Shown here piece by piece: positions 1 through 45,743 of a DNA stretch of 64,000 bases; positions within the stretch are counted from its first letter, which is position 1; each line of letters begins with the position of its first letter. Below the pieces are notes generated by a model. The model made no database searches and was not told the DNA's origin. It saw nothing but the letters and a program-made list of their open reading frames with translations. Source of the stretch: the human T2T-CHM13v2.0 reference genome, Homo sapiens; the NCBI RefSeq assembly GCF_009914755.1, contig NC_060928.1; one strand, 5' to 3'. A program made the position numbers and the translations under genes.

Positions 1-2
1 TC

Positions 3-358
<356 letters not shown>

Positions 359-359
359 C

Positions 360-1088
360 TCTGGTTTCTTAACCTGCAGTTTCTGAACAGAGGTTTTTCC
401 ACATTTATTACATTTGTAGGATTTCTCTCCAATATAAATTCTCTGATGTTGAACAAAGTTTAAGCAACTGCTTCAGAGTTTTCCTCTAGTACAAAATGCA
501 TATAGTAAGTTCTGGGATACAAGTACAGGTACTAGAGCCCTCTTTATCTTTGTATTCTCTGTCTTAAGACTATTCTTCACTTTAATGGCCTATATTTTCT
601 AAAAGGTCTTTCAACAGAAATTACATTTATAATGCTTTTATTAACTATAAATTTCAAGTAGACAATAGCTTTTGTATATTTTTATGTTTGTACAAGTAGT
701 CTCACATATAAATACTATCATGTGCAAAAATGCTAAGCATTGGTTACAAGTTTTGCCACATTTTTTGTATTTCCAGGTGTTTTCTTCAGTAGGAATTACA
801 TTAAGAACTGACTAGAATTGGAAGTCTTTGCCACATTTTTAATTTTAATTTGGCTTCTCATCAATATAATTACTCTTATGTCTACAACAGATTGAGGTGT
901 GATTAAAAGCCTTCTCACATTTTTCACATTTTAGAGTTTCTCTTCATTATGAATTATCTTATGATTAGAAAGGATTGAGGAGCATTTAAAGACCGCGACA
1001 TTCGTCACCTTCGTAAGACATTCCCCTGGTATGAGTTCTCTTATGTTTAAGAATGCTGTAGTATGACTTAAAGGCTTTGCCACATTCT
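360..1088 (-). pseudogene. Decayed zinc-finger units in the ZNF721 3'UTR
   Basis: Out-of-frame [25 protein letters not shown] follows the stop. Further relics include [13 protein letters not shown] at ~392-430. Confidence 0.8.
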
Positions 1089-3911
<2,823 letters not shown>

Positions 3912-4331
3912 CTAGTAAGATCACATAACAAAATACCACAAGTCATAACTTCTTCACATATACATGTAACAAACATATGGTGATCAAAATGCCTTTGTGT
4001 GAAATCTATAAATGAGTTAATTGTATGCAATCCCTCAGGTAAGCACAATGCCAAGAGCCACATAGAACAGGAAGGAATGTTTGTTCAATTTACCCACCAA
4101 CAGCTCTTCCTCCCCAATATAGCACTATGCCATTAGAAGAAAGCTCTCAACTCCTTTTTCCTTAAAAGAGAAGAAAAATACTGACACACATATCCTTATT
4201 TCTGGCTTTTGGGGTCTTTACAAAAACTGATTTCTGCCTCCAATAAAACAGTGCTGAAAGAAATGGTGATACTTTGGAAGAACAACTTGGGTATTCGAAG
4301 ACAAAATATAAATATTTCAAAAGCAGACTGA

Positions 4332-10393
<6,062 letters not shown>

Positions 10394-10560
10394 TCAAGGC
10401 AGGGCTTTAAATACATGTTTACACAAGCATGTTCATTATTATTTACAAAAGACAATTCCTGGAAACACAAATGTCCCTTTAGAGATAAATATCAGATTTT
10501 TAAAATGTGACATATACATACAATATTTTATTTTAAAACAAAGATATTCTGACACGTCTC

Positions 10561-18260
<7,700 letters not shown>

Positions 18261-18267
18261 CTAACAG

Positions 18268-23300
<5,033 letters not shown>

Positions 23301-23571
23301 AATTGCTAATACAGATGAAAAAAATGGCTAACAGAGAATTCAAAATAATTATCTTAAAAAATCTCGATAAGATGCAAAAGTACAAAGATTACTAAATTTT
23401 TTGCAACAATGTATGAAGAAAATCAATTATAATAAAGAGAAATCATTAAGAAGGAACCAAGGAGATATGCTGAAGCACACAATAGTAGAACTAAAAAATT
23501 TTAACAGAAAGCTTTAACAAGGAGACTCAATTATACACAGGATAAAATCAGCAAACTTTAAAGTCATTTGA

Positions 23572-25503
<1,932 letters not shown>

Positions 25504-26070
25504 GTTATTAAAAGAAAACTGCAGAACTCCTCGTTGGTTTTCCTTTACCTAATGATTTCTGTGAAGTGAGACTTGGGTAGTAAGAAAAAGGAATTAAGAC
25601 ACTCTACCTGCCACCCTGCATGCGTGTGCACTCGCACACATGCTGTCTTCATGTAATCCAGTACCTTTACTTTCCTTTGAAACTGGTAAGGTTAAAATGG
25701 GGGGAAATCCTATATGTTTGCAATAATACCTTTTTGGAAAATTTAAGAAATCAAACTCCCCAGGCTCTCCATCTTCATTTATGCTTGAGTTGTTATGTGC
25801 TTTGAACTCTGATTATCAGAAGTTTTACTAAAATGTTGAAGAAATAATTCACTTTCATCTGCTTTCTACATTTTGTACATCTCAGTTCATAAAGGAAAGC
25901 TTGTTGATAGTGTAGTTTTCTAAATGCTGCAAATTTGCAGCCATTACCACTACCAAAGAAGTCTGAATGAGGGATTTTTTTCTTTCTTAAAATAGTTCCT
26001 GTTTCTGTAGAAATTTCATTTGTAGATTAAACTGCGATGGATGAGATATCAAAAAAACAAAGAAAGAAAG
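25504..26070 (+). pseudogene. Probable retrocopied mRNA 3'UTR fragment of unknown parent
   Basis: Non-repeat-like, UTR-like sequence ending ATTAAA (26026-26031), 19 nt, then a decayed A tail (26051-26070). Confidence 0.5.
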
Positions 26071-26074
26071 TGAC

Positions 26075-26247
26075 ATCTCAGGAGAAATCACTCATTATGG
26101 CAAAGAGAGTACCAAAGGCAATGGTATTAAATGATTCATGAGAATCCAACCATATAATCCAGTCACCTCCCACCAGGCCCCACCTACAACATTCAGGCTT
26201 ACAATTTGATGTGAGATTTGAATGGCGCCACAGATCCAAACCATATT
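26075..26247. mobile_element. MaLR LTR fragment (MST-like)
   Basis: atccagtcacctcccaccaggccccacc...aatttgatgtgagatttg...cagatccaaaccatat resembles the MST/THE1 terminus. Confidence 0.7.
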
Positions 26248-26319
26248 ACTTACAAAAGCCAAAAAGTGAAAAACCTCAAACATCCTTCAACAGATGAATA
26301 ATTTAAAAGGATGCGGCTT

Positions 26320-31270
<4,951 letters not shown>

Positions 31271-31320
31271 AAACAATTTTTATTTAACAGAAAAATCCAT
31301 GTCACACAAACACAGATGAA

Positions 31321-31823
<503 letters not shown>

Positions 31824-31937
31824 CACATATATAACTTACATAGCTGTGTGTGTGAGACACACATTTTTATATAGATATATCTCAAAAGACATTCTACAAA
31901 AATAGAAAATAAAACTCAGAGGGAGTATTAGGAATTA

Positions 31938-32117
<180 letters not shown>

Positions 32118-32799
32118 TTAATTTGACTACAGGTGAAATGTGTTAAGAGAACCAGTTCTGACATGTGACTGACTGGGATTATCTGATAAAACAACTTTCA
32201 ACACAGTAATGTTCTCTAAAGTATTCTATAGCTCTGCGGAAAAAGGAAGGCATTCCAACAGTTTCTGTTCCTGCAATAAAAATAATGGGCTACACTGACC
32301 TGCCCCTACCAAAACCAAGCAGAGTAGGCCCTGTGACCTCCTGGAAAACAGGTTGAACTCACCTCTCATGAAAATATCTGGAAGTCCTCATGCTTGACCT
32401 TGGCCTTGCTATAATATGCGAGGAACTTAATTTAAAAAACAGAAATGTTTCCACCCAGAACAATAGACAGGATGTGAGGGGAGGGCACAGGTGATGATTT
32501 CACTTCACTACGGGAAGACTGGGCTGAGAGTCACTTAGCTAAGCACTGTCTCTCAAGCTTCAATGCGCATATCAATTATTTGATGTTAAAGGCCTCACTG
32601 TACCAAAATTTTGCAGGTTTGAAAAGAGTCCATGAGTTAGCGTCTTTTATCAAGTCTCCTGTTAACGGTGATGCTCCTCCACCTGGACCCATTATAGTAC
32701 TACTCGGCTAGAGAAAGCAGACACAGCACACAGAGTCCCTTACCCCAACACAAACGCTTTTCATCCCAAGACAAGACCACCAATCATCATCCTGATGCC

Positions 32800-33730
32800 A
32801 CTCGGGAGCAGCCACGCGGAGGAGGCGCACAGGGCAAGGGGACTGGTGGGAAAGTTGGGGCGGGCTGGTGATTCGCTTCACTTCCTCACACACCTCACAA
32901 AAGTCTTTTTTTTCAAGACCCGCTGGCAGCCCCCAAGCCACGAGCCACAGCCGGCGCTGCCCCATTAATGAGTCCCCGTTTGCTCACATGAACTCTATGT
33001 TTTGATGGGGCCTCGATCTCATTCCGTAAAGTAGGGACAGGACCCCTGGACCACAGCTCCTCCTACGCGGTACCTGCGCACGCCGCACCTGGCGTCTTCC
33101 CGATGAGCTTCTCCTCACCCCACAGCCCGGGGAAGGTGCAGGGTTGCGGCGCAGAGCTGCACAAGGAGGGCTGCAGGCTGGGCCAGAGCAGCCTTGCGGG
33201 GACCCCGACAGGAGCGCGGGTCCCTCACCGGAGGGGACTGAGGACCGAGGGCTAAGCGGCGGCAGCGGGGACTCCGTTCGCAGACTCAGTCCCGCCGCCG
33301 CCATTTGCCGCCGGTTCTGATGAGGCCTCCCCAGCCTTGGGACGCCCTGCCCCGCACACTCACCATTTCTCAGCTTCAAGGGTGTCGCGAAGTCTTAGCT
33401 ACGAATCATCCAATACCCGCAGGTTACAGAGCGATGGAGGCTGAGGCTCTGGCAAAATCACCGAGGCCTCCCTGAGGTGTGGAAGCAGGGAAGTGAGGCC
33501 CTAACCGAGCTCAGGCTGAAGCAACAGGCCAAGGCCGCCGAAGATCCCGGATGCCGCCCCCTCCTCTCAGACTGCGCGCCTGATTGGGCAGTTCTCAGTC
33601 AAGCGCTCTGATTGGATATGGGTCCAGGCTTCACGCCCTCAGGCTTTGAATGACAGAAATTGTGACCATACAATGCACTGAATGAGGCAAGAGTGACAGA
33701 CTAGTACCTCCAGGCACTTTCAGGCGGCGC
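32800..33730 (-). promoter_or_regulatory. CpG island and KZNF-type promoter
   Basis: CpG-rich. Two CCAAT boxes (ATTGG at 33583 and 33611), a GC box at ~33553-33561 and a YY1-like motif (AAATGGCGGC on minus, ~33298-33307) just inside the intron. Confidence 0.8.
33364..33550 (-). other. Proximal (ancestral-type) KZNF first exon ending in the initiator ATG; 5' end approximate
   Basis: Minus strand ...GAAGCTGAGAAATG|GTGAGT: ATG at 33366-33364 followed directly by a consensus donor, the typical ZNF91-family exon-1 layout. Phase 0, matching the KRAB-A exon. Confidence 0.8.
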
Positions 33731-33977
33731 TTAATCTCTGTGCTAGGCTTGGCTCTGCACAGGGTTCATTTTAACCTTCTGGTGTGTAACGTTACGTCAA
33801 TTTATAAATTGTGCACGCGCGCGCGCACACACACAGACACACTTGTTCACAAATGGAAACAATATAGTGACAATTATTTTAATATTTTACATTTCATAAC
33901 CTTTCTGGCCTGTGGTGTTTTGAGTAGGACACCTGAGATTTGAAGAGGAAAGCAAACCTCTAAAAAATAAAATGTTA

Positions 33978-34580
<603 letters not shown>

Positions 34581-34699
34581 GCTAGCTTTATCTAATATGA
34601 ATTTTTTTAGCCTAATTATTTAGTTATTTTACTTTTGACTGCCTTAGTTCATCAGCAATTGTTAGTAATATTTTGGCCTTTATATTACAAGTCATAATA

Positions 34700-37617
34700 C
34701 TCTTTGCAGACTTACTAATATTTTTTTTTACTGTAAACCATCACCCTCTACAGGGAAGTGTTTGCTATGCCCCTCCTAGATTTAAACCTCAAAGTCATAA
34801 TCTGAGTATTGATCTCTCTCTCTAATACTCATTGTGTTCACAGTATCTCTTAATCAGCAAGCATCTCACTTTGGTCCTAATCTACTTTCTGTGGAACTAT
34901 GCAACCTAATGCTCTATGGTCATTACTCATACTTCTGGCTAAAATCACCTTCATATGCACTAATTGTCAACAACCTTTTTTTAGCACTCTATAGGCAGCT
35001 CCACAACTACTAAAGTCTACCAATTCTTCCTATGCCTCAACCTGTTAGCTATGCATGAATTCCTCTTCATTCAGGGTAGGAATGTCCTACTTGGTCATAG
35101 TACAAGAATGGCCAACCTCTTAGTCCCAATATAGCTTCAACTACCACCGAGACCTCACTATACCAAAGCTTCCCCCTACTAACGTGCTATTTCTAACACA
35201 AGCTAAAGCAGCCTTTAAAGATTTTCTTAAGCCCACCCCCACCGTTTTAAGCCCCTTGTTCTCCCGTTACCCTTATTGACCTGATTCCTCTATACATCTA
35301 TGCTACCATAAATTCCAGAATCCATGTGGGTGTATTTGACTGAGCACAATGCAACACAAACAGCACCATTATTGATACTTCTCAAACTTTTTTTTACTTT
35401 CATGAAATATTCCCAATACCAAATGAGATTCTCTGGGCCCTTTAAATATTTTAACTCCTGGACCATTCATCCAAAATGATACCACTGAATTCTGCTTCAG
35501 TCACCCTTCTTGCAGTCAATCCAACTCATGGTATTGACCAAGCCAGTATGGATTATGCAATAAGTTTCAAGTCTTTCATTCCTTCCAGAAAACCCTTCTC
35601 CTTGATACTACTAGACACATGGTCTTCTAAGAAAATAGGACCCATTGTCCTACTCAAACTAATCACCCATGTCTGGCTCCCCTGATAGCAGCAACTGTAT
35701 TGGCAGAATATCATATATTGGGTAGCCAGCAAGGACACTGGTCAATGTTTGAATCTGAACTTACCTCCTGAATTCATTCTTGTTTTTCAACTGCAGAACT
35801 TTACTTCCTCTGGGAAATGCAGGCTTATCTCTGCCTCCCTGCAAACTGGACCAGAACAAACATTCTGGCTTACCTCACCCCTTAAGTTTCCATTGTCCCA
35901 GGTGATGCTTCTCTGCTATTACCCTTATTTACCACACCATTTAACAATAATTAACACTTATTTACCCACACCAGATCGACTGAGCAGTTGATCTAATTTC
36001 TTTCCGCAATGAGCTTGGCACCACAAGTGCCACCACAGAAATAGCTGGCATTATTATTGCCTCCTCAGCTTACCACAGCCTGTCTCAGGAACTGACTCAC
36101 AAAATAGAAACCACTGCTCCAACTCTAAGTTACAGCAGCAATTTGATTCTCTCATGGTTGTAGTTCTCCAAAATTGTAGAAGTCTTGACACACTGGCTGC
36201 AGCTCACAAAGGAATTTGCCTTATTTTAGGAGAAAAATGCTGTTTCTGGGTTAACAGCTTAGGGAAAGTCCAGAATTAAGTTAGAGATCTTATAAACTAA
36301 GCCATCCTAAACACGCCACTGAGAGCTAGTTCTCCCAGGGTGCCACCTGGTTCCAATTCTCATGGCATCTCATTTTCTTGGGATCTCTGGCCTTTTTCTT
36401 GTTTGTTTTTCCTCACTCCTTTTTGGGCCTTGTTCACTAAATCTACTAACCAGGTTTGTCTTCTCTGACCTCAGACTACAAGTGGTCCTGCAACAGGAAT
36501 ATTGATCTATTTTCCTCCCTTCTGGACAACCATCTTCCTCCACATTTCCTCTGACACTGCAAGTCAAACCTTCTGGGAAAACATGGAAAGTATCTTTCCC
36601 TGACAAAGAGCAAGAGAATGAGACACTGGTGAGTTCCTTTTTTTTTTTTTTTTTTTTTTGGAGACAGAGTCTCGTCTCACTCTGTATGGGCTCACTGCAA
36701 GCTCCGCCTCCTGGGTTCATGCCATTCTCCTGCCTCAGCCTCCCAAGTAGCTGGGACTACAGGCGCCAGCCAACACACCCAGCTAATTTTTTTGTATTTT
36801 TAGTAGAGACGGGGTCTCACCATGTTAGCCAGGATGGTCTTGATCCCCGGACCTCGTGATCCGCCTGCCTCGGCCTCCCAAAGTGCTGGGATTACAGGCA
36901 TGAGCCACCGTGCCCGGCGCATTAATGAGTTATCTCATATCACCAGGAAGTAGTTACAGAAGACCCACAGTGCCCCTAGACTCGAAGATTTTTAGTCTCA
37001 ACCTATTGAGGAGGGAATGTTAGAGTAAGCCGATAGTTTAAAATGAGCAGAAAAAAGAGCCCCTGGGGAAAGAAAATTTCATGCTCCAAAGACCAAACAA
37101 AACATGCATGCTAAATTTGAGCAGAGAGGAGGGGAAATACCTATAAAGAAAGAACACCCTGATACACCCCTAAGAGATATGCGGGCACAATAAATATGGA
37201 TTTGACCGCTATATGACCTTCCTGGGGTGATAGTAATAAGCAATGCTGCCATTAGATAGGACTGCTATAGATCACAGGAACCCATGCATGTATGTCAGCT
37301 GACAATAAGGAAGCATCTCACAGACCTGGGCAGAAACTAAGTGGGGACAAAGGCAAAGATTTACCACAGAAGCAGGAACCTAGACAAAGACAAAGGCAGA
37401 CACTTAAGACCGATGTGGAAATTTTTTTAAAATGCAAGATAATAAAAACTGCAACACGGAACTCTCAGGGCAGTTTTCAACTGGACCAGCCGACTCCTCT
37501 TGTAGTGTACTTTATTTTCCTTTAATAAACTCTCTGCTTGTTTCATTAAATTGCCTCTTGGCTGAATTATTTCTCTCAAGAAGACAAAAATTAAGGACCT
37601 TGCACTTCTTGGTAACG
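34700..37617 (+). mobile_element. 5'-truncated ERV1 relic: decayed env, polypurine tract and 3' LTR (37018-37617; MER83/MER84-like, tentative), with an Alu at ~36638-36919
   Basis: 36130-36279 translates LQQQFDSLMVVVLQNCRSLDTLAAAHKGICLILGEKCCFWVN (immunosuppressive domain plus CX6CC). PPT GAGGAGGGAA precedes TGTTAGAG. AATAAA at 37524. Confidence 0.8.
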
Positions 37618-38112
37618 TGTTCCTCCTCCCTCAGCTCTTGACAAACACCATTCTACTTTCTGTTTTTATGAGTAGACTACTAAAAATATTTCACATAAAT
37701 GAAAGTATATACTCGCTGTTACTTTGTTTTTTTTGCATATTTCTCTTTACATGTTGTAAAGATTTACCCCTTTTCTATAGAGATGCACTCTCCCTGTGTT
37801 GTCCAGGTTGATCTTGAACTGTTTGCCTCAAGAGATTCTCTCTCCTCTCTCATTTTTTTAACTTTCCCAGTTATGTGGATTACAGGCATGAGTCATCACA
37901 CCTAGCCCTCAAGGTTTATCTTTATAATAGCATGTGACATAATTTCCTTTTATAAAATAGATTTTCCATTGCATGTACATTCCATTTTAAAAATCCATTT
38001 ATATGTCAAGGGTTATGTAAGTAGCTTCCAACTTTTGATTTTGGAATAATACTGTTTATGAACATGGGTGTGCAAATGTCATTTCCAGTTCCTGCTACGC
38101 ATACATAAATAG

Positions 38113-38385
<273 letters not shown>

Positions 38386-39789
38386 TGATCTGCCCACCTC
38401 GGCCTCTCAAAGTGCTGGGATTACAGGTGTGAACCACCGCGCCCGGCCCAAGTTAATTTTTAAAAATTTCAATATTGAGTTTTTAAATACCTTTTGTTGG
38501 AGAGTCAGCCCTTTCCCCATTGCTTGGTCACGATAACAGCCATGCAACTCCAAGATGAAGCTGCTGCTTCTTCCATTTCTGTAGCACACAGTCACGAATG
38601 TGTTTAGATCTCCCCCTGGCAACCCTGGTTAGAGTGTGGGGATGGTGGAAACCATTGGATCTTCTGACTTCCTTGCCCGGGAAGCAGCCAGCCCTGCCTG
38701 CCCTACCACCCATGACATCATGCACGTGGTGGTCCTGTCACCCAGCCCTCAGCCAGCCACTGCCTCTGGCTCCCCCAGAACACCTCCTCCTTATTCTCAT
38801 GGTTGGGCACATGGATCCCTAGAGGCACAGAAACAGCACAGATCCCTATATCCTGCACAGGTGAAATAAGAAGGTGTGGAGGCTGGAAGCAAAGCTATGT
38901 GCCTCCTGGAGAACAGGACGTTCAGGGACCAGGGGGCTGCAGGCACAGATTACAACAGTGACAGATGCAAGGGCCCTGATGAGAGGGGTGATGGCCTGAG
39001 GGCTCCTTTGTTGGCATGCACCAGTGTGCCAGAGGCTGGGGCCTACACCGGAGCCTGCAGTTGCCCTCCAAAACTCCAGAAGCAGTGCTCCTGCTGTCCC
39101 ACCCCATGTGCCACCAATGCTCCATGTGGCCTTGTGGTCTGTGAAGCCAGAGGATTGTGCCAGTGTCTTCCTGAGAGTGGAGGTGCTTGCTCTCTGAGGC
39201 ACCTTTTTCAAACAGTTCTGATTTAAAACATCTGCCCTTCATGTGTGCACATATCCATTTGGAAATCTATGGGGATTCTTTTTCAGTAGTAGGTCTAGGT
39301 TGTATACAGGATTGTTTGGGTGAATGCTTTTCTCATTCTTGTTTGGTAATTTCGTATTTTTTTTATGGTAGGTTTCTTGGTGTCAGTGTATTGTGTGTTT
39401 GGTTTCACCTGGGTATGGTGATTTTGGATGTCAGTGATTCAGGATGTCAATTTGGAACTCTACAGAAACACTTTAAGTCAATGTGGGGCTGAATTAAAAT
39501 AGGAATATGCCATATTCATCACCAATCACATTATGCATGTATTTGTCTTCCTCTAAAAACATAACCCCAACTTTCTGCATGGCTTATCTTGTCTATTTCT
39601 GTTCTTGGCTTGTGCTGAAGGTTGTTTTACCCTGTTGAGTCAAGTAGTCATAAAAAGAATATTAATTTCACTATGTGCTTTTGGATGAATCTAAGTGATT
39701 TTGTGGGAGCAAAACACTTTTGTAATTTGAATTTAGGAACACTTTCTTATGCTGACTCTTAAGTACTTATTTCACAAATTTTTAACTGT

Positions 39790-40930
39790 CAGAAAAACTC
39801 AAAACATTGGTCATCTTTTATTTTTTAATGTGTACAGTTTAGTAGTGCTAAGTATATTTACATTGCAGCAAACCTCTAGAACTTTCACATCTTACAAAGC
39901 TGAAACTAAATACCCCTGAAGCATTAACTGCCCCTTTTACTCTCTCTCCAGCTTATGAAATACATCATTCTACTTCCTGTTTCTGTAAGTTTGACTACTT
40001 GAGATAGCTCGTATAAATGGAATTATATGAGCTTTGTCACTTTGTTTCTGGCATGTTTCACTGAATGTCCTAAAGTTTTATACTTTCTGTAGCATGTGCA
40101 TAATTTGCTTTCGGAAGGTAGAGCCGTATTCCACTGCATGCATATGCCACATCTTCTTTATCCATTTATCTATCAAGAAACTTTTAAGTAGCTTTCACCT
40201 TTTGTGGGGGGGGGGGGAATGCTGTTATACACATGTGTGTGCAAATGTCCATTCCAGCTCCTGCTTTGCATACATAGATACCCAGAAATGGAATTGCTGG
40301 ATTGTATGACAATTTCATTTTTCTGATAGCATCTTACTTTTCCACACAGGCTGGAGTGCAGTGGTGTGATAATGGTCACTGCAGCCTTGACATCCTGGGC
40401 TCAAACAATCCTCCCAACTCAGCCATCCAAGTAACTGGGACTACAGACACAGGCCACCACACCTGGCTGATTTTTGTATTTTTTGTAGAGATGGGGTCTC
40501 ACTATGTTGCTCAGGCTGGACCCAAACTCCTGAGCTCAAGTAATTATCCTATCTCAACCTCCCAAAGTGTTGGAATTACAGGCCAGAGCCACCACACCCA
40601 GAGGCATTTTATTTTTAATATTTTGAGAAATCTCCATCCCAATTTTCTTGGGGGCTGCATTATTCTCTTCCACCAACAGTGCATGGGGGTTCCAAATGCT
40701 CTGTATCCTTGACAACATTGACTCCCTTTTTGTGTTGAATAGTGGCCATCCTAATGGGTAAGAGGTAAGAGCTCACTGGGATTGTGCTTTCCATTTCTCT
40801 CAAAAACTAATTTTGATTATTTTTTCAAATGTCTCTTGGCCATTTGCATAGCTTCCTTTGGGAAATGTCTTTGAAGACCTTGGTCCATTTATTAAAAATC
40901 AAGTTATTCACTTCTGGCTGTTGTGTTTCA
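39790..40930 (-). mobile_element. Old L1 3'-end fragments with an AluJ-like insertion (~40345-40600)
   Basis: T-rich antisense L1 motifs (gatacccagaaatggaattgctggattgtatg; gtggccatcctaatggg). Confidence 0.7.
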
Positions 40931-41564
40931 GAAGACACATCTTTGTTCTTTTCTTTCTTTTTTTTTTTTTTTGACAGTCTCCCTCTGTCGCCAAGGCTGG
41001 AGTCCAGTGGCATGATCTCAGCTCATTGCAACCTCCACATAAGGAAGAAATTGCAAGTGACCTATTTGACAGGAGTTAACATCCATTCCATTATCTTTTT
41101 AAGTGTTTCACTGTCAAGTCAGGAAGGCAGTAAAAATGCCCTTCAGCAGTTGAACACAGCGTCCACCTTTGGCTCAGTCTCACAGACAAACACCCAGAAT
41201 CTGTGCTTCTCAGCTGTGGTGCCTGTGCAAATGCTGGAACTCAAAAGAATATTTGGTAGTAGACACGCATACGCTGCCTAATAAAATTATGTAAGTTTAA
41301 TATAAACGGAACTTAAAACGTCATATAAAATGTTACTTAATTTGATCAGAAAACTGAGTTAGATTTTATAAAGGCATTAAATATAATTTTAATAGGAAAC
41401 TATGAAATTTATGTGCACTTGGTGTATAAATGACCGAATTTTGGGCGAGTCAGTAAAGGTCACATATGACTGTGAGACATTGTTGATGAAATGCTCCCAC
41501 AGGTCGCATATTGCACATGCATTTTGATTTGTTATTTTATCTGAGGTCGATTTTCCTTTTTTGA

Positions 41565-41669
<105 letters not shown>

Positions 41670-41712
41670 TGAGCCACTAGGATTACAGGCATGTGCCACC
41701 ACACCTGGCTAA

Positions 41713-41856
<144 letters not shown>

Positions 41857-42590
41857 TAATTTTATTCATCAAGTTGTTTCTGTTTTTGTTTTTTTTGAGA
41901 GGGACTCTCACTCTGTCACCCAGGTTGAAGTGAAGTGGCGTGATCTCGGCTCACTGCAACCTCTGCCTCCCAGGTTCATATGATTCTCCTGCCTCAGCCT
42001 CCTGAGTGGCTGGGACTACAAGCGCCCGCCACCATGCCCAGCTAATTTTTGTATTTTTAGTAGAGACGGGGTTTCACCATGTTGGCCAGGCTGGTCTCGA
42101 TCTCTTGACCTCGGGATCTACCCGCCTCAGCCTCCCAAAGTGCTGGGATTACAGGTGTGAGCCACCGCGCTTGGCCTTATTCATCAAGTTTTATACACTT
42201 TAGACAAAGAGGGCTTGTAGTTACCATGTGCTCTATGGATCTGTACTTTGTTAGAAATACACATTTTCAGGCAAAAACCCAGATATATTGTATCAAAATC
42301 TGTATTTCAAATATTTCCAGGTGATTCACATGCACATTAATAATTGTTAACTGGTAGTAATTCTGTAATTGAAAGGGAAACGCTTATACAGATGTACTGA
42401 TTTGTCAGACAGGTACAGTAATGACTGTATGTTTCGATGCATATACATCTTATCTTACAGAAAATGAAAATAATAAAGTGGGGATGGGGAAGGAGTTGAA
42501 GTAGAAATTAAACAGAAATGAGACATAATTAGCAGATGTTCAGGTGGAGCATCAGCCTATTATACTATTTTGGTTACTGTGTATAAGTTA

Positions 42591-42710
<120 letters not shown>

Positions 42711-42728
42711 TCACCTGAGGTCAGTTCA

Positions 42729-43073
<345 letters not shown>

Positions 43074-43138
43074 TTATTGAGCATTACATTAATCCTTTAC
43101 TGTGGATGTATTTCTGTATGCATGTTATACATCAATAA

Positions 43139-44476
<1,338 letters not shown>

Positions 44477-44833
44477 GGTCAGGATGGTCAGTGATCTGCC
44501 TGCCTCGGCCTCCCAAATGGCTGGGATTACAGGTGTGAGCTACCACGCCCAGCGAGTATTGTTTTGCTTGAAAGGGAGCATTTACACTCAGGCATCATGA
44601 GATGGGTATTAATATTCCAAGGTATTTATTCTTGCCCTGACCCTTGGGAGTCCCCCTTAGTCTTTCATTTTTTACCTCAGTTGAGTAAATATCATGGTTT
44701 CAGTTTTGGGGAATGCAATTTCTTACAGCAAAGTCCTTCCTCCACAATAATATTCACCACGGTCAGGCCACCTAGCACAGTGGGCTTAGTATGTGTGGAA
44801 CTGGTTTGAATCAGGAGCAAAACAAGCAGTAGA

Positions 44834-44927
44834 GGTGAGTAGAGAACACAGGCGGGACTGAAAGGCCACAACTCAACAGTGGTGAGTAGAGAACAAAGGC
44901 GGGACTGAAAGGCCGCAACTCAACAGC
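44834..44927. repeat. 47-bp tandem duplication (2 copies, 3 mismatches)
   Basis: ggtgagtagagaaca(c/a)aggcgggactgaaaggcc(a/g)caactcaacag(t/c) x2. Confidence 0.9.
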
Positions 44928-45009
44928 AAACACTTTTCACATTAATTTGAGAAATATTATTTTCAACTGGTCCTCCGAAAGATGTTGGTTTACAGCAGAC
45001 ATTTGGGAG

Positions 45010-45500
<491 letters not shown>

Positions 45501-45527
45501 GGTGAGAAATGCATTGGTTGAGTGTGA

Positions 45528-45743
<216 letters not shown>

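Noticed and set aside
404-642. AATAAA hexamers on the minus strand (404-409, 637-642) as the ZNF721 poly(A) site
   Set aside because: AT-rich context makes chance hexamers likely; the main site may lie left of the window.
32984-33379. 131-aa Arg/Pro/Gly-rich ORF in the CpG island
   Set aside because: Read-through of exon 1 into GC-rich intron past a consensus GTGAGT donor.
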